A DNA stretch of 60,988 nt, counting the filler, from Sphacelaria rigidula (taxonomy: Eukaryota), in the NCBI GenBank assembly GCA_964200075.2. It is 4 parts of 4 records of this genome, joined end to end, with 100 filler letters (N's around TTAATTAATTAA, not from the genome) between each part and the next. Parts side by side here need not be neighbours in the genome. Positions count along the whole stretch, not along the records: positions 30,551 to 45,721 come from CAXNAA020001878.1; positions 45,822 to 60,988 come from CAXNAA020001879.1; 2 more parts are not named here. One strand, written 5' to 3'. The notes below the pieces were generated by a model, which was not told the DNA's origin, did no database searches, and worked only from the letters and a program-made list of their open reading frames with translations. A program made the translations under genes and the position numbers. Of the stretch, positions 38,466 to 51,598 are shown piece by piece. Positions within the stretch are counted from its first letter, which is position 1; each line of letters opens with the position of its first letter.

Positions 38466-39982
38466 TAGTCGTTATGCATAGAAGGTATTCTTTGTTGTTC
38501 TTTGTACTTCTGAATTTTGGGGCCCTCGAAGGTCCGTGTCAATAACACTGAAATCCCCCGAATTGTTTTTAGAGGCACAAGTGTGATGGAAATCTGGAAT
38601 TTGGACAGCCTCTGCTGTTCGAAATAAATTCTAATTCCAAACTTGGAATAGGAGGAAAAGGATTCATTTCGAAGAGCTTAAGCTGTACAGATAATCCCAT
38701 ATAAACTGTATATAGCAGATGGAATTTGTACACCGCCAAGAATACCTGAAATTGGGTGGAGAAAGAACTTGCTCGCGAGCAGCTTCAGCTGTTCAAGTCC
38801 CACATACTGCACGCGAGCTTTTGTTGAAGCTGACGTTACTACCACAGATCGCAAATTACCTCGGTCATGGATGCATATACCTGATGAAAACCCCGTATTT
38901 CCGTGTCGACGAAACTAAAACAATATACAGGGAATAATGAAACATCTCAGCATCGCGCGGTTGATACTGCGCACTCGGGGTATATATTCACAACAATAAA
39001 CTGTACTGGACTGTACAATACCATTGCATGCGGGACAGTGTGCTATACCGCCGTGCTTATTATACGTGCGGCGCCATGTACTACAGATGGCTGGCTATAT
39101 ATACAACGTAGATGCCTGCAGCTAATTTTGATATATGGGGCGGGTGTTAAATGCCGTCACGAACTCCAGTTTTTCACGCGCGTTCCACAGCATACTTGCG
39201 CACAGCTGCTGCAGCACAGTAAGTAGGGCGTGAAAGGGAAGTGGAAAAGTACAGTACAGACAGCGCAGGACAATGTATATGTATGTTCTCTACCTACGGT
39301 GCGACGTGAAAAGGACTTGAACAACGTCCAGCATATCGTACGCGGCCTGTATTCAGCACTATATATGTTTTATCGCGGTGCGTCCGCAGCATGCATATAT
39401 GCATATATGGTGAGTGTGTACATATGCATAATATAGGCGGCCGGTTGATTGTTCCTCGCACCCGCCTATGTACGCACCCCGCGTATGCCGTCGCCGCGCG
39501 ATGTCGCGACCATGAAAGAAGGTGCTCAAGTTTCCACCAACGAGAAATACATCATTTTCACCCGCACGGCATTGTGCATGTGTCTATATCCCTGTGCCCA
39601 ACCCGTGCTCTTCGCTGCATGATTGTGGTGGTATAGCTGGGCGGAATAATACTGTTGTGCGGGCGGGTGTTCATTGATATTCGATTTGTGTGCGGTGATA
39701 TATACTATTAATATAATATTGATTATGTGATATTTTCTAAACATGGTTCGTGTTGGTAGACAATGGAATACGGAGTTTGGTGAAGTATGTGGATACATGA
39801 GCGAGGTATACCCGATCATCCAGCATCTTCCCACGCCTTCCCAGGGGTTTCAGATGAAGGACAGGTCTGGACATACACACGTATCCAACGTGTGGGATCT
39901 CTATTTAGCGAAAGCTGTTGAGAGCTATTCATCCTTTAGCCCATGTACACATGGATTGGGGGGCAAAAGGATGAATACTTTT

Positions 39983-40228
39983 GACACTTTTTACGATGCC
40001 CCCCCCCCAAAACCAGCTAAACGTGTCACGAAAAAAATCGCCATACTGCGCCTGATGCTCGGGTTCAGGCTGCATGAAGCGCCTCATATTGGCGACATTG
40101 GCTAGAACAAATCCAAGCATGGGAATTCCCAGCGTCTCGTTGTGCTCGGCTTTTCCCATTTCGATTTACGTGAAGATATTGCCTCCCAAAACCATGCACT
40201 TTTGAGGGGGGCTATCGTGGAAAGTGTC
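39983..40228. mobile_element. MITE (same family as 13595-13843)
   Basis: TIRs gacactttttacgatgcccccc / ggggggctatcgtggaaagtgtc. Confidence 0.75.
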
Positions 40229-43200
40229 CTTTCAGCAACTTTTTCTGCGTGTCGGATCCCATGCGCCGGTAACGGTGCAGTGTGCGGGATATGCCCAGCT
40301 GACGCTGCTCGCAATGCATCTCTTTCCCCCCAATCTCCGGATAAAATGGAGGGCAAGGTAAAGATTTATTTCGAGCTTCTTCTGCCGTTCAAATTCCGAA
40401 TCTGCCAGTGTGCATGGGATTTGCACAGCAGAAGAAGCTGTTCGAAATAGATTTTTTTTCGCTCATTTCAATAATGGGCGAAAAAAGGATCGATCTTGAA
40501 TAGCGTCTTCTGCTGTTCGAAATACATACTTATTTTTGACCGAAAAAAATTGGGCGAAAAGAGGATCTGTGTTGAATAGCTTGTCCTGCTGTCCAAAATA
40601 AATTCCTTTTCGCTCGATTCAAATCGGGTGAAGAGGACTTTACCTCGGACGGGAGAACAAGCTATTGAAAATATATACATTTACAGATTTTGTACCAAAA
40701 TATTTGGAATTTTCAAAAAAAAGTACGTCAGTTTTTTTTTTTTTATCAAAACACTACCACATGACTGTGCAGGACTTTGCCGACAAGCCTACACAGGGCT
40801 GTAAACCCAACCCTGGGGAAAACCCTATCAAATCGTTACGAGGGGTACAGGTTTGGATTTTCACTGTCAGGGTTTTTTCACTAAGCTGTGGAGGACCCGT
40901 GACGGACCCTGCACAGTGCGCCCCACAGGGTGCTATCCGTCCACGGGTGTAGCCCATCCTAGACGAGTCCTTATGCAGTTGAATCATCATCACCTCGGCA
41001 CAATGTAATTGCGCTGAGAAACTTCAAAATTCAACGAGGAAGGGCTCTTCTACACTACACACGTACTAAAGCATGACGCGAAGAAAAACATGATCACTCT
41101 CCCACACCTCTAAAGGGCGAGCATCGCTGCGATCCGACACAGCATCAAACGTTCAATCCACAAAAATGAAAACGTTGTATCTACGTGACACTCACGCACC
41201 TATGTTGAACAAGACAACACACACGCAAGTCCATCTACAAAGTAAAGCACTAAATGGTACGCACGCGTAGACTTCATCTACCAACGGAACAGGGATGGAA
41301 TGCCAGACATTCCGGAAAGAGGGGAGGGAAAACGCAGTTGCGGCAGGGCATCGCGGCAACTGCTCTGGTCGGACGCAGATCCAAGTGAGCTCCACGTCTT
41401 TGTCCGACTCCTTCCCGACACATCCGTCGCTTATAGAGAGAGTGGCACCCCGCTCGTTTCCGTGGGAGGGCGTTTGAAGTATCAAACCTGCTTTGAAAAA
41501 GGCGTGCAGCGTGAAGTACAATGCGATGGGGGGGGAACTACGCAGCAACAGGGAGACAAAAGCGGGGATGCAGCGGAAGTTCAGGTTTGGTGTGCCCGAA
41601 GTGCGACATTCAAAATCCTGCGGGAGTAGGCACCAGCCCATACAAGACGACACTCAGGGTAAGAAGCCAAAGGTCGTTGGTGAGAACCTTCCGTTCAGCG
41701 CGGCGGATCAGCTATCGCGTGATGTGAGCAAAAACAGTGTCAATTAAAAACAAAAACTCGCCAGAACGCAATAACCAACTCAAAGCAACCGTCCGGCGGA
41801 AATACGACCTACAACTAGGGCGGTATAATTGGTAATTCCCGAGGGAACACTGGATCACGAGCAACGAAACGACGCAAGAGGACACACCCGTGTCGCTAGC
41901 TGACCAGGCTGCGCCACGGGATGGGGGTAGAACGAACAAATGAACACATCCAGATGATTTGTCGGAATGCAGTTACTCACTTCAACCTGAAACAGTCGTC
42001 GGGCATAAATACGGCCTACAACAAGGGCGGTATCATTAGCAGTACACGGTGTAACCAAGGACCCGTGCAACAAGACGATGTAAGGGAATACTCCCATGCG
42101 GCGAGGTCTCTTGGCTGGCAGTAGAGGGTTGAGCAGTGACAACAACAAACAAATCCAGAGAATGAGTAATCAAAACTCCAAACATGCGGGAGGCTGGACT
42201 AAATCTACAGTCCTCCATCGTGTAAGGAAACCTTGAAGACAAAAAGGGAAAAAAAAACACTAGATGCTCAGGGGACACGGACAGAGATGCAACAGCGACA
42301 AGAAATGTGACGACTGGTGCTAGAAACGCAGTCACCAAGAAGGCGAGCTCAGCACAAAGAAACACGTTACCAAAATTTGTGAGAGGCTACAATGCAGCAA
42401 AGGGGAGGGGGAGGGCTACCATCCGGTATCTGACCAGATCGGATTGGGGGATCTAAATCCGCCAAGGTGAGCGGGGCTACGACCTGATATCTGACCAGAT
42501 AGGAATAGGGTTCTGAAATCCACCAAGGTGAGCTCATCGCTCGCCGCATCGCCGAGGGATGCGGACGGTGTGTCGTAGCAACTCGAGTTTAGGCTTACGA
42601 TATAAGCGGTGTTGGAGGGCGTACGATCTGATATCTGACCAGATCGGGGAGGCTGCTGGGAAGCAGCCAGGGCAGTGGCATATGGAACGAGCACGTGGGC
42701 TGTGTTCGAAGGCGTCTCTTCTACAGGAGAAAATGTTCGAGCTCGAGCATTATTTTCATAGTACAGCAAAAGATTACACTTTGCACTGCTAAGGGGGGAC
42801 ATGGTGCGCTAGAAATATCTACGCGGTTACGGGGCCATTTCTCTTTCCTCGACAAGGGGCGGGGACCATCTGATACTACAAGGAAAAAGCTCAATCGGGC
42901 CAGACTGAAGCGATGTCGAACATCGTGGGGTGGTCACGCAAAACTTGTGGGCTTCCATCCGAGGGCAAATTTTGTCGCTAAAACCACAGTACTCCCGACG
43001 GGAGTCATCTGTAAATGCAGGAAAAGGTCAATCAGGCCTGACTGAAGTGATGTGACCAAACATCGAGGGAGTAGCCACGCAAATTCGTGGGCTTACATCC
43101 GAAGGCAAACCTTGTCGCTAAAACCACAATTCGTCAATCATCAGGCGAGTCCTGAAATGAGGATCGACTTGTAGTACCATTGACGGAAGACAAAAGCATA

Positions 43201-44568
43201 CACCATGACAAGGAAATCGGTCAGGCGGCCTTGTCCCGGAATTGCGGAAATCAACTACGGTAAACTCGAATCAAGTGTGCCAACGTCAACGACGCGACGT
43301 GCGCTACTACATGCGTGTGCTGTCACAGGGGGGAAGCTACAGTCTCCACGACTGACGGTTCAGCTTCCCACACCTCAGAACCATGCTGCGCGGTGGGGTA
43401 CCGCACCACACAAAAGGGCGCCCGGGGGGGGGGGGTGCGCATCTACTAATATCTGGGGTGCTCGCCGAGGTACAGGGGGGGGGCGTTTTCATTCGGCACA
43501 AGGCAAGTCAACCATATGCTACTACAGCATGTGCCGTCGAAACCAACTATTAACCACCACCGATGTAATAGTGATCGGCGGGTACAGAGTCTGCACGTGG
43601 CACAGTGGCGCGTGCGATACCCTGTTCGAAAGCAGAGTGAACACACTGTAGTGGGACAGAGTTACGGTTGGGTACATGCGCAAGGCGGAAGATGAACGCA
43701 GTTCCGGCCAGATCAACGCGTAGTCGGGAAACGAACAAAGTGCGTCACTTTGGCACTTATGCGGATGTAAACAAGCGGGAACAGAACTAAAGAGCAGCTG
43801 CAGCAAATCGCGCAGCAGCTACAAGCAGTGTACCGACGGGGGGGCAGATGTGTATCATTAACACGCGAAGCGGGGGCAACGTACAGTACTCGTTATTACT
43901 GTTGTACACTGAAACCAAACCCAGACTAAGCTTACGCCCACAACAATCAGAGTAGACCAGGGGCGTCTAACTAAATAAAAGTAAAAAACGCAGAAAAATG
44001 AGAGCGAGTCACTGACTACAGCTTGGGCAGAGGAACAAAACGCCAAGCAACACGAAGATCTCCTAGCCAAGCAGAACAAGGTCCGTTTATCGACGCCAAT
44101 TGTCATAATCATGGGACTAACTCATGCACTGGCTGAGGTCTTTCAGTACGAGTACCAGGAGATACCATTGGGTCCAGCTAACCCAAGGTCTGAGGTGAGC
44201 ACAACGTACGACCTATAGCTACCCATCAAAGCACAATCACATGCAGGTTCTTCCATGTATACTGCCGGTTAGGAACTCACGTGTTTCATAGCGTCATGTT
44301 ATATCTACAAGCCTCTCTTACTCAGTATAGCCGGGGCGGAGCCATAGGAGCAGAGCGTAGTGATGGCCCAGAGACGACCAAGGCAAGCCGGTAACTGATT
44401 GAGATGGGTCAACGCCGTGTGGCGAAGCCGAAACAATCCCAACTAATGACAATAGCAAACGCGATAACAACGCGTCACGGAATTCGGGGTCTACGAGCAG
44501 ACCCGCACAGCGTATATTTTGCAACGCCTCCGAGCTTCATCACAGTAGACCACACTAGGTAAAATCAA

Positions 44569-44813
44569 TACTACGGTAGAGGTGCACGTTTTTCGCGAAA
44601 TTTTGTCTGGTTCAGGAGCTCCTAACGATTCTAGACGCACAAGAATATGGGTCAGGGCGTGCCCGTTTGCAGATTTATTCGGGATTTCCCCAGCACACTG
44701 GAATCGTAATCCTGGCGTACTCTCGCATATTTTCATACCTCGTGTTTTGGATGAGATACAGGGCTTCTAACAGTTCTAACCTCAGAAAATATTTGTGTAC
44801 CCCTACCGTAGCA
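44569..44813. mobile_element. MITE in LINE copy B
   Basis: TIRs tactacggtagaggtgcac / gtgtacccctaccgtagca. Confidence 0.75.
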
Positions 44814-45650
44814 TCACTCGTAAGATTATTTGAGGTAGAAAAGACGCCGGGCTGTCAACGTACTGTCTCGTTCTGACCGTGCAAAAGGCTCATGACACAG
44901 TATGGGGAAATGGATTGTGAAAAATGTCGTGGGAAACTGGGATCAGAGGAAAGACGTGGAGAACGGTGAAGAAGACGACAGATTGTGCCAAAAGTGCCAT
45001 CATGCTAGACGAGGAGATATCGAAATATTTTTATATCTTACATAGAGTTGCGCAAGGATGTACGTCACCACCCACTTTATTCAAGATATTTGTGGTGACC
45101 TGATATTAGCGATAGAAGCAGCAAATGAAGGAGTAAAGGTGGGCGAAGATGTGATAACAGGTTTGATGTTCGCAGATGATTTTGTGGGCGTTTCAGAAAC
45201 ACCAGAAGGATTGCAGAAACTAATAGAAACGGCTCTAGAGTACACCAGAAAATGGAGAGTGACAGCAAACGTTAACAAATGCGCGGTATTCGTATGTCAT
45301 GAAGATGAGAAAAACCCGGTAGTGTTCAAATAGGAGTGCGGAAAAGATGAGCTGCCGATCGTAGACCAGTATGCATACCTTGGCGAGGAGATCCCATAAC
45401 GCTCTCCTTGGGATGCACACATAAACGAAGCAATAGGAAAAGGTAAGGCACGGATAGGAAGGATGGACGTGATCCTCAGAGATTCGCACCTAGACACTAG
45501 GATCAAGATATGTATCCTGATGAACGTGATCGTAACTAAGCTGGAATATGCAGGAGATGTATGGGAGGGGAAGGTGAAGTTGGCGAAGAAGTTGGAAACA
45601 GTACAGATGACAGCGGCTAAGAGAATACTTGGATGCTCGAAAACGACGAG

Positions 45651-45721
45651 TGTTGTCGTCCAATTTATTCTGGGCGCCAGTCTGCCCCTTTCGGGATATG
45701 TGGGCGCATCAGCCGGGGTCA
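45651..45721 (-). mobile_element. 3' end of the tRNA-derived SINE, cut by the contig end
   Basis: Matches 14521-14592. Confidence 0.7.
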
Positions 45722-45821
45722 NNNNNNNNNNNNNNNNNNNNNNNNNNNNNNNNNNNNNNNNNNNNTTAATTAATTAANNNNNNNNNNNNNNNNNNNNNNN
45801 NNNNNNNNNNNNNNNNNNNNN
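45722..45821. other. Artificial contig spacer
   Basis: Same linker. Confidence 0.98.
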
Positions 45822-46760
45822 ATGCGCACGCGGCGGGATGTGCCCAATCAGGCGGCTGCATTGGTAGCTTTTCTGAGGGGGTGTGTGAGCTATACCGGAT
45901 GTTGGCGAAAATACCGTCCGTATACCGGTTTTTGGCGATTGCCCCAATCTTTCACTTCGAGAACGACCTCCAGAGTATGGTGTCCATCTTCGACCGGCCG
46001 AGTGGTTAACCCCTCGAGCCACAAGGATGGGTTATTTGATAATTCGGCATCATAATTCGACAATGGCGGTGAGGTCTACATGACCCACTCCGGCCGTCCG
46101 AAGGATTATCCCTGGCACCGCCTTCGTGTCTTTTTGTTGACGGCATACTTTCAAAACGCTCGAAAACCGGATGCCGAACCCAACATATAAATAATGTAAT
46201 CATTATCACACACGAGATGCGCCCTTGTCTCGACGCCCAAACTTCCAAAATAAAGCCTCCATATTATTGGACAAGAGCAAGACTGCTCAATGCGAAAAAA
46301 AAAAACTGTAGCAACTTTCGTGAAGCATTTTCAGCTGAAGTGTAGCAAGTTCTTGAAAAACGCTCGGCTAACAGATTCTAAAACTGAGCACGGCGCTTCA
46401 CATTCGTGTAACATCGCCGCACCCGGTGGTCTATTTAGTACAGGAGACTTCGCTCAGTGCCGGAGGTCGCGAGTTCCAATCCCGACAGAAAGTTTTTTTC
46501 GGCAGAATTTGGTTCCGTCGCTGAGGCCATTTTGTATGACGTACATTTTTTTAGCGGGACAGCCTGTCAACAGCAATTTGGTCTGCAGTTCACAGCGATA
46601 AACTTGCAGAGCAATACCGCAGAATCGGGTGCGCTTTTTTTCAAGGGTCTTTGCTGTAGGTGCCTCTCGATGACTTCTATATTACCTGGGCATTGGTGTG
46701 CAGCCTCAGGAAACTTTTGGATTGAAAAGTGCACTCCTACCGTGGTATTACTCTCATCAA

Positions 46761-46977
46761 CCCTGTGGGAACCCATTGACGATTTTTGTTGCTGTGGATC
46801 GGCATTATTTTGACTTGAAAATGACTGAGAATGATGCCGATTCATAAGTAAAATCGTCAATGGGTTCCAAAAGGGTCAACCCTTGAACCGCGAGATTAGT
46901 GTTTCTGGATCATGCATACTTTTCTTCACTTGAAATTGATGCCGACTCAACAGAAGACTAACCTCGCGGTCTAAGGG
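46761..46977. mobile_element. Two abutting piggyBac-like mini-MITEs (46761-46875 and 46880-46977)
   Basis: CCCT..AGGG termini, flanked by TCAA / TCAA / TTAA tetranucleotides. Confidence 0.7.
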
Positions 46978-47675
46978 TTAAGGCTGTTTTGGGAAACTGA
47001 AAAACTTACCGTGTGCCGAAGGAAAGCGGATTTGTTGTCTGGCCTACAGGTAGCTGGGAAGTGATTTGTATTTTCATTATTATAGCTCCTGATGTATGCG
47101 GGATTTTCGCGAGATTTGTTTTGGTGTGTCATGTTTGTTTCATGCTGTCATGTTACGATAGTCGTATGGGAATGATGCCCCTGCGTTGCCTTCCTTTGCG
47201 ACATGGGTGGAGAATACAACCTCGGAACACATCATCGCTCTTTCGTATCGCACTAGCTGAGCATGTTCTACTGCCTAACGTGTACCGTGAGTACATTCCA
47301 AACCAGCATGTTTCTATGGATCAACCGCAGCCAGCCAGGAGGCATCCAAGAAGTGGACGCGCTAATTCTCCATTCGTCACATCGAAGCTCGGTGATTTCG
47401 CGAGGGTAATGCAGTAGCAAAGGGCAATAAATTCACCCCGACAGATGCCATTATTGCATTTGCAGAAATCAGCGGTGGTCGAATATGTCAGCCGCGGCCC
47501 TTACAAACATGCTCCACTTTTGTTTTAGGAACACGCACGACGACCACTTGCGCGGTACAGTACATGTACAGTACACACGTTCAGTACCCGTCGATACAAC
47601 ATCATGGGTATCCCGTGGGACATTCCGTGGGACATTGCAGTGTCGTATGGGGATTATATCGCAAGAGGGTCGTAT

Positions 47676-47995
47676 TGCAACTTGCCATCTTTCCTGTAAC
47701 ATCATGCACTCGGACAGTTACACGCGGCATTGCAATTTGCTACCATACCAGAAACACCATGCACTCCGGCAGTTGACACGTGGAATTGCAGCTTACCATC
47801 TTTCCCGTAACATCATGCACTCGGACAGTTCCACGTGGCATCGCAATTTGCCACCATTCCAGAAACACCATGCACTCAGGCAGTTGGCACGTGGAATTGC
47901 AGCTTACCATCGCTCTCGTAACATCATGCATACTCGTGGCATTGTTAGTTTCTACCGTTCCCGAAACACCATGCACTCGGGCAGTTGACACGTGG
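47676..47995. repeat. Tandem repeat, about 54-bp monomer / 107-bp dimer
   Basis: catgcactc(g/c)ggcagtt(g)acacgtgg recurs about 6 times. Confidence 0.85.
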
Positions 47996-48037
47996 AGGCG
48001 TGCAGAAGAAGGAACCTAGCCAGAACTGTACAGTATA

Positions 48038-49549
48038 CGAGCTGGTCCAGCCGACAGTTTTTTGTCGGTTTTTACTCGTGGGTGATGCGGGGCTCAAGTT
48101 GAGCACGTTAGTCGAAATTTGCACACGTGGGACAGCTCATGAGCTACCTACCTGAAATGACTATTCGAAGAGAACTCTCAGACACGTTGTACCAAAACAC
48201 AAAACACGTGACAGCAGTGCCCGAGAAGCCAAAGCGCTCTCTTCCCGCTACACCGTGTGCTCGGCGTCCATCGCTGTCGGGAGCTAATACGAAAATAGTG
48301 GCTAAATGAGCTAGCTCATGATCCGGATCCGTGCTCTAATAACAAGTAGTATCCAGGTAGCTCATGAGCTGTCCAACGTGTGGAAATTTGAGATGACATT
48401 TTTATCATCACCACGCGCAACATTTCTAGGGATGGTGCCAAGAAAACAAAGAAGAAAGTTGGGGCGATTTCACACATCAGAAAACATTAGAAAATACCGT
48501 GACTCCATGGAAAAACACTGAAAACGGTGGCATCCCGAGTCCCGAATTTTTCACTTGCGCGCAGAAGATCCTGGTACAGTTTCGGCTAAAACCCCCTGGA
48601 ATTAGACCCAGCGTGAAACTTTTGGTGACACCGCTGCACCCTCGTGGTCCAAGTGATACAGGAGCCTCCATTTACACCGTTCAGGCCGTTCCTTGTGACA
48701 AATAAGAAAAAAGTCCGGTGAAAATGTTTTTTTGTCCATCTTCGTCGTTTTACGCCCAAAAAGAGGTGGCCGGAGTTCGACACCTTGGAATCACTTTCTC
48801 TACTCGTTGAGACGGTCCCAGGACATCTTCACGTTTCCCGGTGGAGGCAGGGTTTTTTTTCGCCAAACTTGCATTTTTGTACAAGAACGGTCAAGAACGG
48901 TCGAGAACTGTCAGACGACCTACTCAAGACAAGAAATGTCATTTTTCTTTGGACTTGACGATCGTCTCTGGACAATAATAACTGTTTCAGGACTGTTCTT
49001 TGCTTGCCGTAAGCAGCGGCCTAACGAGTTCGAATCTCGACACGACCATTTTTCTCCCCACAATCTGGCAGAGTTTTTTTCAAGTGTGAGGTCAAAACCA
49101 TTGCCATCCAGGATCGGATCGAGGGAAAGTGTTGCAGCTCAGTCCCAGTTGGGTACTTGTGCCTGTGCTCGATGTATGTGACAATTGGCTGCGAGGTCTT
49201 CTCCCTAGATGGAATGGCTGACAAGCTTGATGCCATCTCGTATCATTCCCAGTGCACTCTTGACTCGGTGTCAAAACTGTCTCACGTAATTCCGCCGCGA
49301 TATATATATGAAAAAAAAAAAAACTAAGAACAACCTCGAACGCCACGAAATGAGACGCACCAGGAACTCATACTCAATGCAGTACAGTGACGTCATCGCC
49401 AAAACTGCGCAAATCGCGCATCGACGAAGCCATGCATAGTCAGTTTAGCCCGCAGGTCACAGCGACATGCTTACATCGGGCTGATTCGGATAACATAAAT
49501 AAGTTGTTGTATGCCCATGGGTTTTAGGTTTCACCGCTGGTCCAGCTCG
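48038..49549. mobile_element. Non-autonomous TIR element (CGAGCTGG family)
   Basis: ta|cgagctggtccagccg ... cgctggtccagctcg|tg. Confidence 0.6.
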
Positions 49550-49667
49550 TGCTGTGGTTGATTAAGGTCAGGTCACACCCATGAGGGATGCATCCCGCTC
49601 TTGCTCATTTTTCTCGTGTCCCAACAGTCTGAGTCCATCCCCTTCCTCAGGACAAGTCCATGGTATC

Positions 49668-51598
49668 AAGGGATCAACTCATTTCCCCAGTATACGCCTT
49701 GTATTTTGAACTCCTGGATTGGGTCAGAACCAACGCAGCGCGTCAGTCCTCGTATAACAAACTCGTACACATGTTTTTTTGTCTCCTGACGGTAAGGTCC
49801 TCACGCTTTCGGCCTAAAAATATCAGACGTGAAAAATATGGTAGATTCGATATTCGTGAAGACAGTGCATTGAGTATACGGCACAAATGCCCAGTCAGTG
49901 CAGCAAGGAGGGTAGTAGGGTACGATGCGCTGTGTACCGCATGTACATCCCTAACTGGCGTGTCCAACACAGGTGAAGAACAGTGGCATAAATGGACGAG
50001 GTCAGACCTGTCTCGAGAGCACACGTCCTGACCGCTGTTCAAGACAGGGCCAAAAAATCACGCTACACGGGAGGTGAAATCACGAGCTATAGTGCAATAC
50101 ATGATGGGCAAACGCCGTCGATAACGCAGCTCAATTGTGGTCATCTCACGTCTTCTGTGTACTCGTACTTTTCAATCAAGTCAAGATCATGCGCACTCGG
50201 AAAAAAAGCAAAATTACTTGACCACAGTAAGCCACGAAAATCGGTGGAGTCGTAGGCGAAACGCGCAACATAGGGGACAACACGGGAGACAAGAGGGGAG
50301 GCAGCAGATCAAGAATAGCACCACGGGGCGGATAGTACCAAAAATGGCGCCCTGAATCTAAAATACGACAGATTCGTAGATCGGTCACCCCGATGATTAG
50401 CATGGAGAGTGCACCACCGCACAGAGGGTGCAGTCGGTACACCCGCACAACTCCTGTTTCCGCAGACAAGACTGAGATATGGAACTTTGAACCTCCACTG
50501 GTATGGCGGAGTATTGAGTGCAGGATATATGACGCTCTCGTGTAAAGCATGGCCTGCTGGGTTGTTCTTTGACCCCCACCGGTTCGCATAAATCGTACAG
50601 ATGAGGAACATTCATTGCAGTACGCTAGAGGGCGCACAGGTCCACAAACCTGGTGCACTTGTGACTGTGATGAAATTGCGAATAGGTGAGAGTTTTACAT
50701 CCACGCCCGCGGCCGGGTGGCGATGGTACTCTGTCGTATACAGTGCGCATTGCTCAACATGGAGGAGTGCGTACGATTTCCAAATCGTCGAAAATACCTT
50801 AAATTTCTCCAACGATTGAGCATGAAAATCGAATGCAATCTCCAGGAGAAAGCGAAATGGAAGCTCAGATTTCCGCGGGTACACGGCCGTCCATGACACA
50901 ATTTACTGTATGTACCGGCTTTCACGCCCCTGCTGTTGTGTTGTTTGTAACGTTTTGTTCGTACGCCCTGCCCTCATTACCGACTTTCAACGATTATTTC
51001 ACCAGATACACTCTGGAACTATGAGGACCGTCACAACTCAGGAGCTCCTGAGTTTCCCTCTTCTTATCAATTCTAGAAGGGTACAGAGAGAACATTACTG
51101 AGCGGCAAAACAAACTGGAGACAGCTGAAAGCACTGAGCTCCACTATGTCCAACCCTGTGCTGACCTGAGCAGGGATCACATGGGCTGATGCTTGGTTTC
51201 CATGATTCAGAGCATCAGCACGCAAGGCACCAGCACGCGGAAAAGCTGGCATACAACGGGGTATCATGTTACACTAAAACAAGGATAGTATTATTATAAG
51301 CACCACCCTTTGCTGTATTGTACTATAAAACCAGCATAGGTGCCTCTCAACAGGATTTTGAAAAGCTCAGTCGTACTACTCACCAAAGCCCACACAACCG
51401 TAGCAACGAAAGACTTGGACAATGAAGGCTTCCCAGGTGGGTTGTTAGCGTATTCATCGTAGTTGAATCCGTTTGCATCCCTGTTGCCCCCCGCCGTGGG
51501 CAAGAGGGAGTCCCGCCCCCCTCCAACCCTGTCCCGATTCCCGTTTCTGAACATATGTCCGAAAACACCTCCCCGCTCTCGCTGCGGTAACGGACTTC
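49668..51598 (-). CDS. Candidate exons of an unidentified gene
   Basis: Open segments bounded by splice signals: 51384-51598 (..NYDEYANNPPGKPSLSKSFVATVVWAL|gtgagt), about 50148-50214 (NFAFFPSAHDLDLIEKYEYTED|gtgaga) and about 49668-49785 (cag|ETKKHVYEFVIRGLTRCVGSDPIQEFKIQGVYWGNELIP*). The middle exon(s) could not be resolved and no homology was recognised. Confidence 0.3.

Larger units (their letters stand above)
38057..40952. mobile_element. 2.9-kb non-autonomous TIR DNA transposon nested at the inner edge of an LTR
   Basis: TIRs ctacacacatggacagatagcaccgtgtgg / ccacagggtgctatccgtccacgggtgtag; no transposase seen. Confidence 0.75.
37613..44544 (-). mobile_element. Non-autonomous LTR retroelement (LARD-like) with 444-bp LTRs and 4-bp TSD GTAG
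   Basis: LTRs at 37613-38056 and 44101-44544 (TG..CA ends, one mutated to TA; about 7 substitutions by eye). GTAG at 37609-37612 and 44545-44548. Minus-strand primer-binding site TGGCGTCGATAAACGG next to the 44101 LTR edge. No gag/pol recognised. Confidence 0.9.
34740..45650 (+). mobile_element. Degenerate APE-RT LINE copy B, split by nested insertions
   Basis: KLKIGSWNVCGF (35310-35346), LAGDFNARVG (about 36200) and EGQADFRPTRSCV up to 37612; resumes at 44545; MFADDFVG in ORF 45058-45333. Homologous to copy A. Confidence 0.88.

Noticed and set aside
47485..47988. 167-aa repetitive ORF
   Set aside because: Arises from the tandem repeat; no domain or splice evidence.
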